Part shown: positions 1-9,501 of the stretch, in pieces
How positions within the stretch are numbered: position 1 is the first letter of the stretch
How the letters are laid out: each line of letters starts with the position of its first letter
Virus record (IMG/VR): IMGVR_UViG_2529292751_000001
Span: 61,735 to 125,734 of that record
Reading direction: 5' to 3' (one strand)
DNA from: a virus
Lineage: Duplodnaviria; Heunggongvirae; Uroviricota; Caudoviricetes
Length of the DNA: 64,000 bases
Made by a program: the position numbers and the translations under genes
The notes under the pieces: generated by a model
What the model was told of the DNA's origin: nothing
Seen by the model: only the letters and a program-made list of their open reading frames with translations
The model's database searches: none

Positions 1-25
1 AGCTAATACTCAAAGTCATGGAGAA

Positions 26-793
26 ATGTCAGAGGCTATTGATGAGATTTCAGAAATGGTATCGTTTGACGAAGGTGCGGTTGGTACATTAGCAATTGAC
101 TCTGAAACTAAATTCTATCAGAACTTAACTGACTCTGCTCTTACAGTAGAAGAGAAGAAGGCAATTGCCAAAGGTAAGGACGTTATGGATTCAGCAGTTT
201 CTATGCGAGGCTATGGACGTATTAAGGCTGTAGCAACTAGATTACAAAACTTAAAGATTGACGTATCTGCTAAAGGTGTAAACGTAGTATCTATTGCACA
301 GATTGATGATATTAAAACTAAAGTTGGCGAGCAGTTCGTTAAAATTGGTGAGAAGCCTGTAATGCAGAAAAATTCAGAATATGACTATGATTTAGTTGTT
401 AAGCTATTTACTGAAGTAGATTCAAAAGGGAAGACAATTTACAAAGGCGAAATCAAAAAAGACCGTACTGGAGTTACTCAAGTTGGTCAAATCATTGAGA
501 ACCCAAGCTACAAAATTTGGCAGGCATATGTTGAAAGTCGTGACGGTGCGGATAAGATTGAATCTAAATTAGCTCAAGATGCAGGCAAATCTATGAAAGT
601 TCTTGAAAAAGAAGATGCTGAAAAAGAGAAGAGTTTATCAGATATCTTTAAAGAGCTTATGAGTAAATCAGAAGCTCATCAAAAACGAGGAATTGAGCTA
701 GTCAGAGAAAAGGGTATCAAGAACCCAATGAAACCAGAAGCTAACGAACATGATGCTTTGGAAGCAATTGTAAAAGAATTACAAGCTATCTAA
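26..793 (+). CDS. hypothetical protein (255 aa), first gene of the rightward replication module
   Basis: ORF track; GGAG SD upstream of ATG; no diagnostic motifs recognised. Confidence 0.55.
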   Translation: MSEAIDEISEMVSFDEGAVGTLAIDSETKFYQNLTDSALTVEEKKAIAKGKDVMDSAVSMRGYGRIKAVATRLQNLKIDVSAKGVNVVSIAQIDDIKTKVGEQFVKIGEKPVMQKNSEYDYDLVVKLFTEVDSKGKTIYKGEIKKDRTGVTQVGQIIENPSYKIWQAYVESRDGADKIESKLAQDAGKSMKVLEKEDAEKEKSLSDIFKELMSKSEAHQKRGIELVREKGIKNPMKPEANEHDALEAIVKELQAI

Positions 794-806
794 ATACAGA
801 AAGTTT

Positions 807-834
807 AAAGGGGAATCTTAATTGATTTCCCTTT
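807..834 (+). other. stem-loop (AAAGGGGAATC/GATTTCCCTTT) directly abutting motif copy 1; no U-tract
   Basis: inverted repeat read from the sequence. Confidence 0.5.
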
Positions 835-852
835 AAACAAAAGTATTGCAGA
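833..852 (+). promoter_or_regulatory. conserved 20-nt element TTAAACAAAAGTATTGCAGA, copy 1
   Basis: exact consensus; followed by GAAGGAG SD. Confidence 0.9.
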
Positions 853-869
853 AGGAGATGTTTTCATAT

Positions 870-1052
870 ATGATGAGAAGGCAGAGACAAAGGAAGCGAA
901 TTAAGAAGCGGTTCTTATTCTTGATTGGGAGCATATCTCTGGCAGTTATATTGCCATTATTGCTATGGCTAATTTTAAAATTACTTGAATTTGCATTTAT
1001 GGCGGTAATCGTCTTAGTCGATATATTAATGTTTATCTACAGATTGTTTTAG
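870..1052 (+). CDS. small hydrophobic membrane protein (~60 aa)
   Basis: ORF track 846..1052, but the TTG start lies inside the motif; ATG at 870 with SD 13 nt upstream preferred; one long hydrophobic stretch. Confidence 0.4.
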   Translation: MMRRQRQRKRIKKRFLFLIGSISLAVILPLLLWLILKLLEFAFMAVIVLVDILMFIYRLF

Positions 1053-1065
1053 GAGGAGATTTACA

Positions 1066-1749
1066 GTGGCAAAACCAAAAGCGAAGAAGCAGGAGAAGCC
1101 AATTAAATGCTATTACTGTGGGAAGATTATTGAACGAAGTAGTGAGCATGTTATTAAAAAAGTCCCATTGGCTACGAAAGCAGGTATCAGAAACTATAAG
1201 AGACAGCTTCATCTGAGCTGTGTCTCAAAATACAATGAGAAGCTTGAAGATACGGATTTAAGGGTGCAGGAGAACTCTGACTGGGATGCTGTATACCAAT
1301 ATTTTAGAGGTAATGTCTTAGGACTGGATTCAACAATCCCATTAGATGACCATACGATTCGTAGATTACAAGGTCTTCGCCTTGGTCAATTCTATCCCTC
1401 TGGGAACAATACCAGACTATTACCACGAGGGTATGATTTTAAAACGATTCTAGTTGCTATGAAAGTGGCTAACATAAAGATTCAACCCTATCTAAAGACA
1501 GCTAGTTTTAAGGACGGAAAACATCGCGTCAACACTATCATGAGATTTGTAACAGATGAAATCAATGATGTGGCAATGCGATTAGAATCACAACGTAAGG
1601 CTGTTGAGAAGCTTGAAAAAGATGAGGTTACAGAAACGTTTGATTACATATCTAAGCTGAAAGAGAAAAAGGAAACAGAAGCAAAACAAGTTGAAGAGAA
1701 AACGGAAACACAAAGTAATATTGAAGCATTATTTGGAGGTTTACTATGA
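1066..1749 (+). CDS. hypothetical Cys-containing protein (227 aa), GTG start
   Basis: ORF track; AGGAGGAG SD; CYYCGK...SCVSKY possible zinc-binding. Confidence 0.5.
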   Translation: MAKPKAKKQEKPIKCYYCGKIIERSSEHVIKKVPLATKAGIRNYKRQLHLSCVSKYNEKLEDTDLRVQENSDWDAVYQYFRGNVLGLDSTIPLDDHTIRRLQGLRLGQFYPSGNNTRLLPRGYDFKTILVAMKVANIKIQPYLKTASFKDGKHRVNTIMRFVTDEINDVAMRLESQRKAVEKLEKDEVTETFDYISKLKEKKETEAKQVEEKTETQSNIEALFGGLL

Positions 1750-3197
1750 GTACAACAGAACAGCGCAATGAGTTTAGAGAGATGTTAAAGAAAACTAAGA
1801 ATACAGCAGAGAGCTATATCGTACTTAGCATCTACAAGAAGCCAGATTTATATTTTGATAGCAATCTATCAGCAGATGATTTTCATGAGAATGAGTGGAA
1901 GATGTACTTTGCTGTTGCAGAGAAGCTTATCAAGCAAGAGAAGAAGGTTCTAGATGATATTGTAGTAGGATTATACGTATCAGAGAATGAGCTGTTACAG
2001 AAGATGTATGATGAATGTGGTGGATATCAGACAATCGCAAATGGGATTACATTCGTAAAAGAAGAAAACTTCCCAAGTTATCTAACCGATATTAAGAAGA
2101 CAAATGCATTAATTAAGCTACATGACTTAGGATTCCCTATCATGGAGAAATTTGAACACTATAAGGTAATGAGTGTCGATAAGATTCAAGAGGCATTAGA
2201 AGGAGTATTGGCTACTATTTTCGCTGATGTTGACGTTGAGGAGAAATTAGAAGATTTAAGCGACAATCTATTACAGGTTGTTGAAGATGCTCATGCAGGT
2301 AAAATGCGTGGATTCCCATATGCATCACCGTTACTTACTGATGCTGTAAATGGACAAGTATTAGGGAATATTACAATGTTATCAGCAAACTCTGGTATCG
2401 GTAAAACATTCTTAACTCTAGCACAAATTCTACCAAATATGATTGAGTTTCAAGAGAAACTATTAATCTTAGCCAATGAGGAAGATTCAGTAAAATGGAA
2501 GCGCGAAATTATCGTATGGGCAGTCAATAATATGACGGATGGAGACTTCCAAAAATCAAGATTTAACCGAGGAGAATTCTCTAATGAAGAGATGGCTACT
2601 CTTAAAGCAGGAGTAGATTGGTTAGATGACAAGATGAAGAAGGGGCTTATTAACTTCGTCAACTTTAATTCATTCAATATGAACAAGGCTATTAAGACGA
2701 TTAAGAAGCATTCTGCTATTCATGATGTTAAATACTATGTATTAGATACATTAAAGCTAGATAGCGATGCTACTAATGAAAATATGCAGGCATGGCTTCA
2801 ATTACAACAGAACATGGTTAAACTACATGATGTTGTAAAGCCATCTGCTCTGAACAGACACGTATGGGTGACATATCAGTTGGGTAAATCTGCTATGCTA
2901 ACACGCCATCTGAACCAGAACAGTTTAGGTGTTTCCAAGAACGTAGTAGACGTAGTAGCTACACTAATGCTTGTCCGTAAAGCTCTAGATTCTGAGAAAA
3001 AGGGCGGTAGTAACGAGGTAAAGGTAAAGACACCGAATGGTGCAATTGTTGAAATGAATCCAGATAAGGAATACTTCATTATCTTCCTTGGTAAAAACCG
3101 TAATGGTGAGACTCATAGACAGCTTGTATTAGAGGTTGATATTGGTCGAAATACGTTTAGCGACTTAGGAACATGTAATATTCCACTAGATATTTAA
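1746..3197 (+). CDS. DnaB-like replicative DNA helicase
   Basis: Walker A SANSGIGKTFLTLA; C-terminal KNRNGETHRQLVLEVD resembles the DnaB H4 motif; start overlaps the upstream stop (ATGA). Confidence 0.6.
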   Translation: MSTTEQRNEFREMLKKTKNTAESYIVLSIYKKPDLYFDSNLSADDFHENEWKMYFAVAEKLIKQEKKVLDDIVVGLYVSENELLQKMYDECGGYQTIANGITFVKEENFPSYLTDIKKTNALIKLHDLGFPIMEKFEHYKVMSVDKIQEALEGVLATIFADVDVEEKLEDLSDNLLQVVEDAHAGKMRGFPYASPLLTDAVNGQVLGNITMLSANSGIGKTFLTLAQILPNMIEFQEKLLILANEEDSVKWKREIIVWAVNNMTDGDFQKSRFNRGEFSNEEMATLKAGVDWLDDKMKKGLINFVNFNSFNMNKAIKTIKKHSAIHDVKYYVLDTLKLDSDATNENMQAWLQLQQNMVKLHDVVKPSALNRHVWVTYQLGKSAMLTRHLNQNSLGVSKNVVDVVATLMLVRKALDSEKKGGSNEVKVKTPNGAIVEMNPDKEYFIIFLGKNRNGETHRQLVLEVDIGRNTFSDLGTCNIPLDI

Positions 3198-3203
3198 AAT
3201 TTA

Positions 3204-3223
3204 TTAAACAAAAGTATTGCAGA
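3204..3223 (+). promoter_or_regulatory. conserved 20-nt element, copy 2 (its TTGCAG doubles as a -35)
   Basis: exact consensus immediately after the helicase stop. Confidence 0.9.
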
Positions 3224-3245
3224 GATGCTGTTAGTGTGATAGTAT
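3217..3245 (+). promoter_or_regulatory. sigma-A-type promoter (-35 TTGCAG, 17-nt spacer with TTAGTGTGAT, extended -10 TGaTAGTAT)
   Basis: hexamers and spacing read from the sequence; shares TTAGTGTGAT with the promoters at 17038 and 33327. Confidence 0.5.
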
Positions 3246-3283
3246 TACATTAACAGCAAAGCAATACAAAAGGAGAGAATGAT

Positions 3284-3688
3284 ATGAACGTTAAGGTCTT
3301 AGCGGATGTATTAGTGCAAGCTGAAGAGATTGGCTTAATCGGCAGGAAAGAATTAAGGATTAATGTAAAATACAAAATATTAAACAAAAGTATTAATAGA
3401 CTGTTAGGGAAAAGACATAAGGTCATGGAAACATTATTAAGCTTTGATTCGATAAGCGATTTATCATTCTACAAAGAATGCATAAAGACTCTCAATTCTA
3501 TGGATAGGCAGGAGGCTGTCATTTATATGATACAAAAGGATATTGATAGTAAATTATCTAAGCATAAAGACTCCATTCTTGCGGATGAGATGCTTAAGGA
3601 ATTACACAAGGTTGCAAGTGATTTTTCCAATAATGGGAAGAAAATGAGCATTGACATTGAAATCAAAATGCAAAAGGAGACGTTCTAA
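3284..3688 (+). CDS. hypothetical protein (134 aa)
   Basis: ORF track; AAGGAGAG SD. Confidence 0.5.
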   Translation: MNVKVLADVLVQAEEIGLIGRKELRINVKYKILNKSINRLLGKRHKVMETLLSFDSISDLSFYKECIKTLNSMDRQEAVIYMIQKDIDSKLSKHKDSILADEMLKELHKVASDFSNNGKKMSIDIEIKMQKETF

Positions 3689-3821
3689 TGGATAGTTGGG
3701 AACTAGCGGTTAAGATTCTCGCAAAAATTGAGGATAATCTTAAATGCGATAAGGATGATTTAACTGAAGAAGTTTATGAAGTAATCAATAAGTATCGAGA
3801 AGAATACTAGGAGGAAGAATT

Positions 3822-4004
3822 GTGGAATATACAGAGGTTTCAAAGGGTGAGAACAAAAAGCTTGATGAATCGTTAAGAAGCTTTCTAGATATCTTTGAAT
3901 TTAATAAGCATGGTGTAGCTTGGGAAATCTTTGACGATGAAGGATGTGGCGTTTTTGGTCTCATAGATTTGTCTACTGGCGAAGTATTGTGCTTGGGAAG
4001 ATAA
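3822..4004 (+). CDS. hypothetical small protein (60 aa)
   Basis: ORF track; AGGAGGAAG SD. Confidence 0.35.
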   Translation: MEYTEVSKGENKKLDESLRSFLDIFEFNKHGVAWEIFDDEGCGVFGLIDLSTGEVLCLGR

Positions 4005-4056
4005 CTAGACTTATCTAATAAAATCATCATTTTATCAATTCTTAGGAGGAATAGAA

Positions 4057-4686
4057 ATGAAAGTAACTGACGAGTTAAAAGCTGAATTGATTTATTCTCT
4101 ACCAAGTAGACGCATATTGGATGTTGTAAGTAATCTAGCCATAAGAAATCCATATACAAAAGAGTTGATTTTTCTAAAGCAACGACCATGTTACGAGAAT
4201 ACTCCAATAGAAGAGTATATCGAATACAATGAGAAACATGATATGCATCATGACTACAGAGAGCTAATTGCAGAACATGTAATTATAGACATTTCACTGT
4301 TACATCGAAGAGCAAAGATATCGCTATTTGAAGAGTGGCAAAAAGCAAACCCACCAAGATGTAATACTTGTAAAACTGAAATATCTATAAGTTTATCAGC
4401 GTTTGTAAATAAAGAGACTCTAAAATTGAAAGATGTTGATGGTGAAAAAGTTAAAGGATTGTTTTGTAAGGATTGCGTTGAGCAGGCTTGGAGCGATTTA
4501 ATAGAAAGTAGATTTGCTGAGAAATATAATGGTCGCAAAATCTATTGCAAAGATGGTAAATATTTCCCCTACTGGAACTGCGCTTATTACTTCAAAACAG
4601 TTGAGGAATGTAGAGTTAGAATCGATTACTATAATATTTCGATTGTAAAGCGTGGATTAGTTGATTTAAAAGGGGCTTTCTCATGA
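4057..4686 (+). CDS. hypothetical Cys-rich protein (209 aa; CNTCKTE...CKDCVEQ)
   Basis: ORF track; AGGAGGAATAG SD. Confidence 0.5.
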   Translation: MKVTDELKAELIYSLPSRRILDVVSNLAIRNPYTKELIFLKQRPCYENTPIEEYIEYNEKHDMHHDYRELIAEHVIIDISLLHRRAKISLFEEWQKANPPRCNTCKTEISISLSAFVNKETLKLKDVDGEKVKGLFCKDCVEQAWSDLIESRFAEKYNGRKIYCKDGKYFPYWNCAYYFKTVEECRVRIDYYNISIVKRGLVDLKGAFS

Positions 4687-4859
4687 GAAGAATCGATATG
4701 GTTAAAAACAAGAAGATGAAGAATATAAAGCATGCAGAGATTCTTGACAAGAAGAGAATCAAGATTGTATTCCAAAATAACGAAGAGATTATCTTGTCCG
4801 CAAGAATCGAAGGCTATGCAGAAGATAGTGGCATTTATATCGAAAAGGATAATATTTAG
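4683..4859 (+). CDS. hypothetical small protein (58 aa)
   Basis: ATGA start/stop overlap with the upstream gene; translated by eye. Confidence 0.3.
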   Translation: MRRIDMVKNKKMKNIKHAEILDKKRIKIVFQNNEEIILSARIEGYAEDSGIYIEKDNI

Positions 4860-4871
4860 GAGGGAATTACT

Positions 4872-5028
4872 ATGGGCTGGATGTCAGATATGACAATTGA
4901 ATCTATCGTAAAAGATATAGATAAAAAGATTAAAATTGAAAGTCTTAAAAATACTAATCCTCAGCAAGCAGAGTATATTGTACAAGGATTAAAGTTGGCA
5001 AAGGAAATAGTGGAAAGCCACTACTAAG
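4872..5028 (+). CDS. hypothetical small protein (51 aa)
   Basis: AGGAGGGAATTACT-ATG. Confidence 0.3.
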
Positions 5029-5040
5029 GAGGAGTAGAAA

Positions 5041-5202
5041 ATGAAGAAAATTGAGTATAGAGAAATTGGATTTCACAAGCTAACAAGACCGCATTATCAA
5101 GAGCTTGATATAGATAAGCTGAATCATCTTGGCAAGGATGGTTGGGAGCTTGTGACAGTTGTTAGTGGGAACTGCATATTTAAGAGAGAAGTGACAGTAT
5201 AA
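5041..5202 (+). CDS. small protein with a DUF4177-like GWELV motif (53 aa)
   Basis: AGGAGGAGTAGAAA-ATG; ...GKDGWELVTVV... Confidence 0.35.
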   Translation: MKKIEYREIGFHKLTRPHYQELDIDKLNHLGKDGWELVTVVSGNCIFKREVTV

Positions 5203-5203
5203 G

Positions 5204-5392
5204 ATGAAGATTATCTGTGTAGACAATTTTAATAGAGATACGCATAGCGATAGGCTAGTGTGCGAGAACATCGATAAATTCTATGGGGAAATTGTTGTAA
5301 AGTCCCTTAATGACAAGCTGTCTGGTGAGTATAGCGGTTCTTACTTCAGACTAGTTGAAGATGATTATAAATTATATAAATATGAGCTGTAA
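5204..5392 (+). CDS. hypothetical small protein (62 aa)
   Basis: ORF track; tightly packed. Confidence 0.4.
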   Translation: MKIICVDNFNRDTHSDRLVCENIDKFYGEIVVKSLNDKLSGEYSGSYFRLVEDDYKLYKYEL

Positions 5393-5589
5393 TGGAAGGA
5401 ATAATCAATATGGAGCTAATCGAGGTTGCAAAGAATCTCGCCACAATACGTCCTTATCCTACGGAGAACACCTTGGTTAATGAGGCGTATTACAGGGGTT
5501 TTCCAACTCTAGAAATAATCAAAGCATATGAGAAGTTGACCAAAGAAGAGTTGCCCTATGGTTATCTATATAAAAGAAGAGGCTATTAG
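5392..5589 (+). CDS. hypothetical small protein (65 aa)
   Basis: ORF track; ATGGAAGGAATAATCAATATG overlap. Confidence 0.4.
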   Translation: MEGIINMELIEVAKNLATIRPYPTENTLVNEAYYRGFPTLEIIKAYEKLTKEELPYGYLYKRRGY

Positions 5590-5606
5590 AAAAGGAGCTA
5601 ATTAAT

Positions 5607-5828
5607 ATGAATGAAATTTATCAGTACCATGTATATAACGAACATATGAATTTTATAGTTTCTGTTCCAGTTAAAGAAGACGAATACGCAAAAGGATTTG
5701 CTAGACGAGTAGCAATAGACTTTTACGAATATACAGAAGAACAAGTCCAAAATGCAAATGTTGAATATATCGTAAGTTTCTGGGGAGAGTCAGCAATTAA
5801 TTTAAAAAAGTTAAATTCAACAAAATAG
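5607..5828 (+). CDS. hypothetical small protein (73 aa)
   Basis: ORF track; AAAGGAG SD. Confidence 0.45.
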   Translation: MNEIYQYHVYNEHMNFIVSVPVKEDEYAKGFARRVAIDFYEYTEEQVQNANVEYIVSFWGESAINLKKLNSTK

Positions 5829-5857
5829 TTCATTGAAAAACGATATATGAATCAGAA

Positions 5858-6031
5858 ATGGGTGAAGTGATAGTGACTTGGGTTGTACTTAGCACAGGCG
5901 TTTTTAATGTAATATTATCTCTTATTACAAAAACAAATAACTTTAGCAGTTCATTATTATTCAAGGTTGCCCCATTCTTTCTTGGAATGGCGTGTATTAT
6001 CTGCTCGTTAAAAGAATTAAATATTATTTAA
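5858..6031 (+). CDS. small membrane protein (~57 aa, two hydrophobic segments)
   Basis: translated by eye; below the ORF-track size cutoff. Confidence 0.3.
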   Translation: MGEVIVTWVVLSTGVFNVILSLITKTNNFSSSLLFKVAPFFLGMACIICSLKELNII

Positions 6032-6048
6032 AGAGGTGAATCGTACTA

Positions 6049-6177
6049 TGGCACTTAGTATTTATTGTTCAAAATGTGATAGACAGGTAGAAATCACAAA
6101 ACATACTGTCTACAAAGAATATGGTTCAATTTGTATCAAATGTGATTATTGTGGCGACGAGGAGGATGCTGACTGAT
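6049..6177 (+). CDS. small zinc-ribbon protein (42 aa; CSKCD...CDYCGDE)
   Basis: translated by eye; AAAGAGGTGAATCGTACT-ATG. Confidence 0.3.
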
Positions 6178-6302
6178 GTGGAACTTTGCAAAGGAATATC
6201 CGTTCTTTTTTACGATAATAGTGCTACTTGTTCTAATCACAATTGACAGTGTTGTCGCTAATATTTGTAAGCTTTTATCAAACTAATCAAGGAGGAATTG
6301 TA

Positions 6303-6548
6303 ATGAAAAAACGTAATATTGAATTTTTAGCAAAAAAGGCAAAAGAAAAGAAGATTAATAGATTAAAGGTTGGTCGTAAAGGTATTATTGTTGGCAATAT
6401 AAAACATCTACATGCTTTTAAAAAGGATGACGAAGTAATTATTGTGAATGATGATATTAATTTTGGGAAGGAATGGGTAAACTGCAGACGACTAAAGGAT
6501 GGGTTGAAGCAAACTGTTCCAGTCGAAGACTTCTTAATCAAAGAGTAG
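6303..6548 (+). CDS. hypothetical protein (81 aa)
   Basis: ORF track 6243..6548; ATG at 6303 preceded by AGGAGGAATTGTA preferred. Confidence 0.4.
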   Translation: MKKRNIEFLAKKAKEKKINRLKVGRKGIIVGNIKHLHAFKKDDEVIIVNDDINFGKEWVNCRRLKDGLKQTVPVEDFLIKE

Positions 6549-6552
6549 AGCT

Positions 6553-6738
6553 ATGAAAGAATGGCTATATAACTCATATTTTGGATATAAACTAAGCCAA
6601 ATGAAATGGTTTAGAAAATGGTATGGTGGCACATGGCATAAAATTATACCAAAGCCATTCCCATATATGCACTTTTGGGCAAGAGAATACTATGTTAATA
6701 GAGAAATGGAAATTATAACAAATACAGAAGAATATTAA
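6553..6738 (+). CDS. hypothetical protein (61 aa, Trp/Tyr-rich)
   Basis: ORF track. Confidence 0.35.
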   Translation: MKEWLYNSYFGYKLSQMKWFRKWYGGTWHKIIPKPFPYMHFWAREYYVNREMEIITNTEEY

Positions 6739-6754
6739 ACTGGAGGAATTAAGT

Positions 6755-7174
6755 ATGAAAACTATTAAAGATGACATGATTACAGCTATGAAACTTAGAG
6801 ACAAAGTAAAGGTTGTAGCATTACGTATGCTGTTAGCTACATTTGAGAAAGAGCGTATTGCATTAAAAGTACCAGAGTTAAGTGAAGACCAAATTATCAC
6901 TTGCATCAATCGTGAAATCAAAGCAATTGACCAAGAGATTGAAGGATTAGTAAACGCAGGTCGCTCAACTTTAGACCAAGAATATCAAAAGACTGTACTG
7001 CAAGCATATTTACCGAAGCAATTAACTCAAGAAGAAGTTGTATCATTGATTACAGAGGTTGTTGGTCGTACATCTAATATGGGTATGGCAATGAAGGAAT
7101 TAACGCCTCAGCTAAAAGGTAAGGCTGATATGAAGAAGGTATCGCAATTAGTTAAAGAAGCTTTTTCAAAATAA
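6755..7174 (+). CDS. GatB/YqeY domain protein
   Basis: MKTIKDDMITAMKLRDKVKV..ALRMLLA matches the YqeY N-terminus pattern; size 139 aa. Confidence 0.6.
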   Translation: MKTIKDDMITAMKLRDKVKVVALRMLLATFEKERIALKVPELSEDQIITCINREIKAIDQEIEGLVNAGRSTLDQEYQKTVLQAYLPKQLTQEEVVSLITEVVGRTSNMGMAMKELTPQLKGKADMKKVSQLVKEAFSK

Positions 7175-7178
7175 ACAA

Positions 7179-7198
7179 TTAAACAAAATTATTGCATA
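7179..7198 (+). promoter_or_regulatory. conserved element, variant copy 3 (TTAAACAAAATTATTGCATA)
   Basis: 17/20 to consensus; between the YqeY stop and the ligase SD. Confidence 0.75.
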
Positions 7199-7216
7199 GA
7201 ACAGGAGACGATTAAT

Positions 7217-8113
7217 TTGGAACAGAAAAAATATCAAGATATTACTAGACTAGGACACAAAACAACTGTAGGCGTATTAAAAGAGGGAGATTACATCGTA
7301 ATTCAAGAGAAGCTAGATGGTGCTAATGCATCATTCCGCAGGGATGGAGATGTAATTCGCGCCTTCTCAAGAAACAAAGAGTTAGACGAGCATAATAACT
7401 TAGGCGGATTCTGGCAATGGACGCAAACTCTAGACGTTACAAAACTTCGTGAAGAGGGTATTTATTTTGGTGAATGGCTAAATCCTCATAAAGTAAAATA
7501 CCCAGAATACGCTAAAACATTCTGGTTGTATGATATTTTCGATACAGAAACTCAACGATACATTAACTTTAAATTAGTAAAGAAAGTTTCTAAACAATTG
7601 GGATTGAACTTAATCCCAGTATTCTACGAAGGCGAATATCAATCGTTTGAACATTTACAATCATTTGTCGGTAAAACTGCTTTAGGAGGAGTTCTTGGAG
7701 ATTCAGAGACTGGTGAAGGCATTGTTGTTAAGAACGTTGACTATGTAGACAGATTTGGGAATCAAAAGTTTGTTAAACTTGTTGCAGATGTATTCCGAGA
7801 AATTCAGTCTCAAAAAGCTCCTAAAGACCCTAAAAAGGCTCTTACTCAAGAACAATCATTTGTTAACCAAGTTGTTACGGAGGCTAGAATCGAGAAGTTC
7901 TTATACAAGTTTGTAGATGAGGGAATCATTGATGAGGAATTTGGAATCGAGGATATGGGAGTAATTCTTAAGAACATGAATACTCGTATCAAGGAAGATA
8001 TCTTGAAAGAAGAGTCTGAGATGCTTCCAGAAGGTTATGATGAAAAACAGTTATCTAAATCAATTGCTAGAGTAGTTGCTCAAAGTGTTAAGAAATTGAT
8101 TATTAACCGTTAA
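7217..8113 (+). CDS. ATP-dependent nucleotidyltransferase ligase, probably Rnl2-type RNA ligase (TTG start)
   Basis: motif I EKLDGANAS (KxDGxN), motif V GEGIVVK, FGEWL and DIFD motifs. Confidence 0.55.
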   Translation: MEQKKYQDITRLGHKTTVGVLKEGDYIVIQEKLDGANASFRRDGDVIRAFSRNKELDEHNNLGGFWQWTQTLDVTKLREEGIYFGEWLNPHKVKYPEYAKTFWLYDIFDTETQRYINFKLVKKVSKQLGLNLIPVFYEGEYQSFEHLQSFVGKTALGGVLGDSETGEGIVVKNVDYVDRFGNQKFVKLVADVFREIQSQKAPKDPKKALTQEQSFVNQVVTEARIEKFLYKFVDEGIIDEEFGIEDMGVILKNMNTRIKEDILKEESEMLPEGYDEKQLSKSIARVVAQSVKKLIINR

Positions 8114-8129
8114 ACAAAAGATTTGCAGA
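8110..8129 (+). promoter_or_regulatory. conserved element, variant copy 4 (TTAAACAAAAGATTTGCAGA)
   Basis: 18/20; immediately after the ligase stop. Confidence 0.8.
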
Positions 8130-8189
8130 GTTGCTGATATTGTGGTAAGATTACAGTATCAGCAATTTTATTGTATAGGTGATGAAATT

Positions 8190-9263
8190 ATGAATGCATA
8201 TGAAGTAAAAGAGTATTTAAAAGAAGACCTACAGAGAGTAGAGAAGCTTCTTGAAGAGGTTGGATGCCATGGCATGTGGCGTACTGGTGATGAAATTCGT
8301 TGCGCCCCACCAGATTCTCAAAGTCATACTGCTATCGCAGTGAATATAGATACAATGTATTGCTGTTGGTATAAGCAGGATGACACATTTAGAGGAGACA
8401 TCTTATCCCTTATTCAATTGTTGCGAAAAGAGCCATTTACAGAGAGTTTTAGATTTGTAAGAGGGTTATTCGGACTAGGCGGTTCATTCAAGAAGGAAGA
8501 CAAGAAAGACCTCTTGGCAATGTATAAAGAGATTAGAAAGCAACATAGAGTAATTGAAAACATTGATGAGATTGAGATTCCTAAGTTTGGCATGGAAACT
8601 CTAAGAGATTTCATTATGTTGCCTCATATGAGCTTATTCTACGAAGGGATTATGCCACAAACAGCAGAGTTGTTTAATGTTTGCTATGACCCGATGTTAG
8701 ATAGAGTTCTGTTCCCACATTCAAATTACGATGATAAGAACGCGATTGTAGGAATAACAGGCAGAACAACGCTTGACACAAAGGTTCTAAAAGAGATGAA
8801 GATACCTAAGTACTGGAATTACATAAAGGGATATAAGAAGATGTATAACTTATATGGATTCAGTCATTCAGTAGAATTCCTGCCAGAACACAAGAAGCTT
8901 ATTATATTTGAGGCGGAGAAGTCAGTATTGAAGAACTTCACCCAAACCAGAAATAAAGGATATAGCTGTGCTGTTGGCGGTCATGAGATTAGTGACGTAC
9001 AGGTTCAAATTATCCTGCAGAACGTCCCTATGGATGTTGAAATCATTATAGCGTTCGATAAGGATGTTATGACAATGGTTAACAAGGAAACAGGAGAACA
9101 TATTGGAGAGAAGTATCTTATTGATACAGCCAAACGCTTCTCCAAATTTAGAAAGACTAGTTACATTTATGATAATAATGACGTATTAGGCGAGAAGGAT
9201 TCGCCAATCGATTTAGGCTATAAGGTATTTTACGAACTGTTGGAGAATAGGAGAGTTGTATGA
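8190..9263 (+). CDS. DNA primase (DnaG-like zinc finger plus TOPRIM)
   Basis: CAPPDSQSHTAIAV..YCCWYKQDDTFRGDILSLI resembles the CHC2 zinc finger; FEAEKSVL TOPRIM-like; ORF track start 8142 trimmed to the ATG at 8190. Confidence 0.6.
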   Translation: MNAYEVKEYLKEDLQRVEKLLEEVGCHGMWRTGDEIRCAPPDSQSHTAIAVNIDTMYCCWYKQDDTFRGDILSLIQLLRKEPFTESFRFVRGLFGLGGSFKKEDKKDLLAMYKEIRKQHRVIENIDEIEIPKFGMETLRDFIMLPHMSLFYEGIMPQTAELFNVCYDPMLDRVLFPHSNYDDKNAIVGITGRTTLDTKVLKEMKIPKYWNYIKGYKKMYNLYGFSHSVEFLPEHKKLIIFEAEKSVLKNFTQTRNKGYSCAVGGHEISDVQVQIILQNVPMDVEIIIAFDKDVMTMVNKETGEHIGEKYLIDTAKRFSKFRKTSYIYDNNDVLGEKDSPIDLGYKVFYELLENRRVV

Positions 9264-9472
9264 TGAAGAAGATTTATGTTATCAAGTATACACATATTAT
9301 GACAGGACTAGGAAAAGATGAGGAGAGAACTCATTACTTTGACGAGTCTCAAAAGGCTCAATTTCTATCAAAATATACGATATTAAAAGAGGCTTGGTAT
9401 TGCTTTAATCTAGAAGCTTACAAGGCAGACAGTGTTTCAAAATTAGATGTAGATTCATTATTAGACTTTTAA
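9260..9472 (+). CDS. hypothetical protein (70 aa)
   Basis: ORF track; ATGA overlap with the primase. Confidence 0.4.
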   Translation: MMKKIYVIKYTHIMTGLGKDEERTHYFDESQKAQFLSKYTILKEAWYCFNLEAYKADSVSKLDVDSLLDF

Positions 9473-9488
9473 ACAAAAGTATTGCAGA
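9469..9488 (+). promoter_or_regulatory. conserved element, copy 5
   Basis: exact consensus; followed by AAGAAGGAATAGA-ATG. Confidence 0.9.
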
Positions 9489-9501
9489 AAGAAGGAATAG
9501 A

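Noticed and set aside
833-852. The 20-nt element plus its preceding hairpins as Rho-independent terminators
   Set aside because: The hairpins are followed by TTAAACAAAAG, not a U-tract, and the element is oriented toward the downstream gene. Genuine terminators in the window (11405, 17003, 36812) look different.
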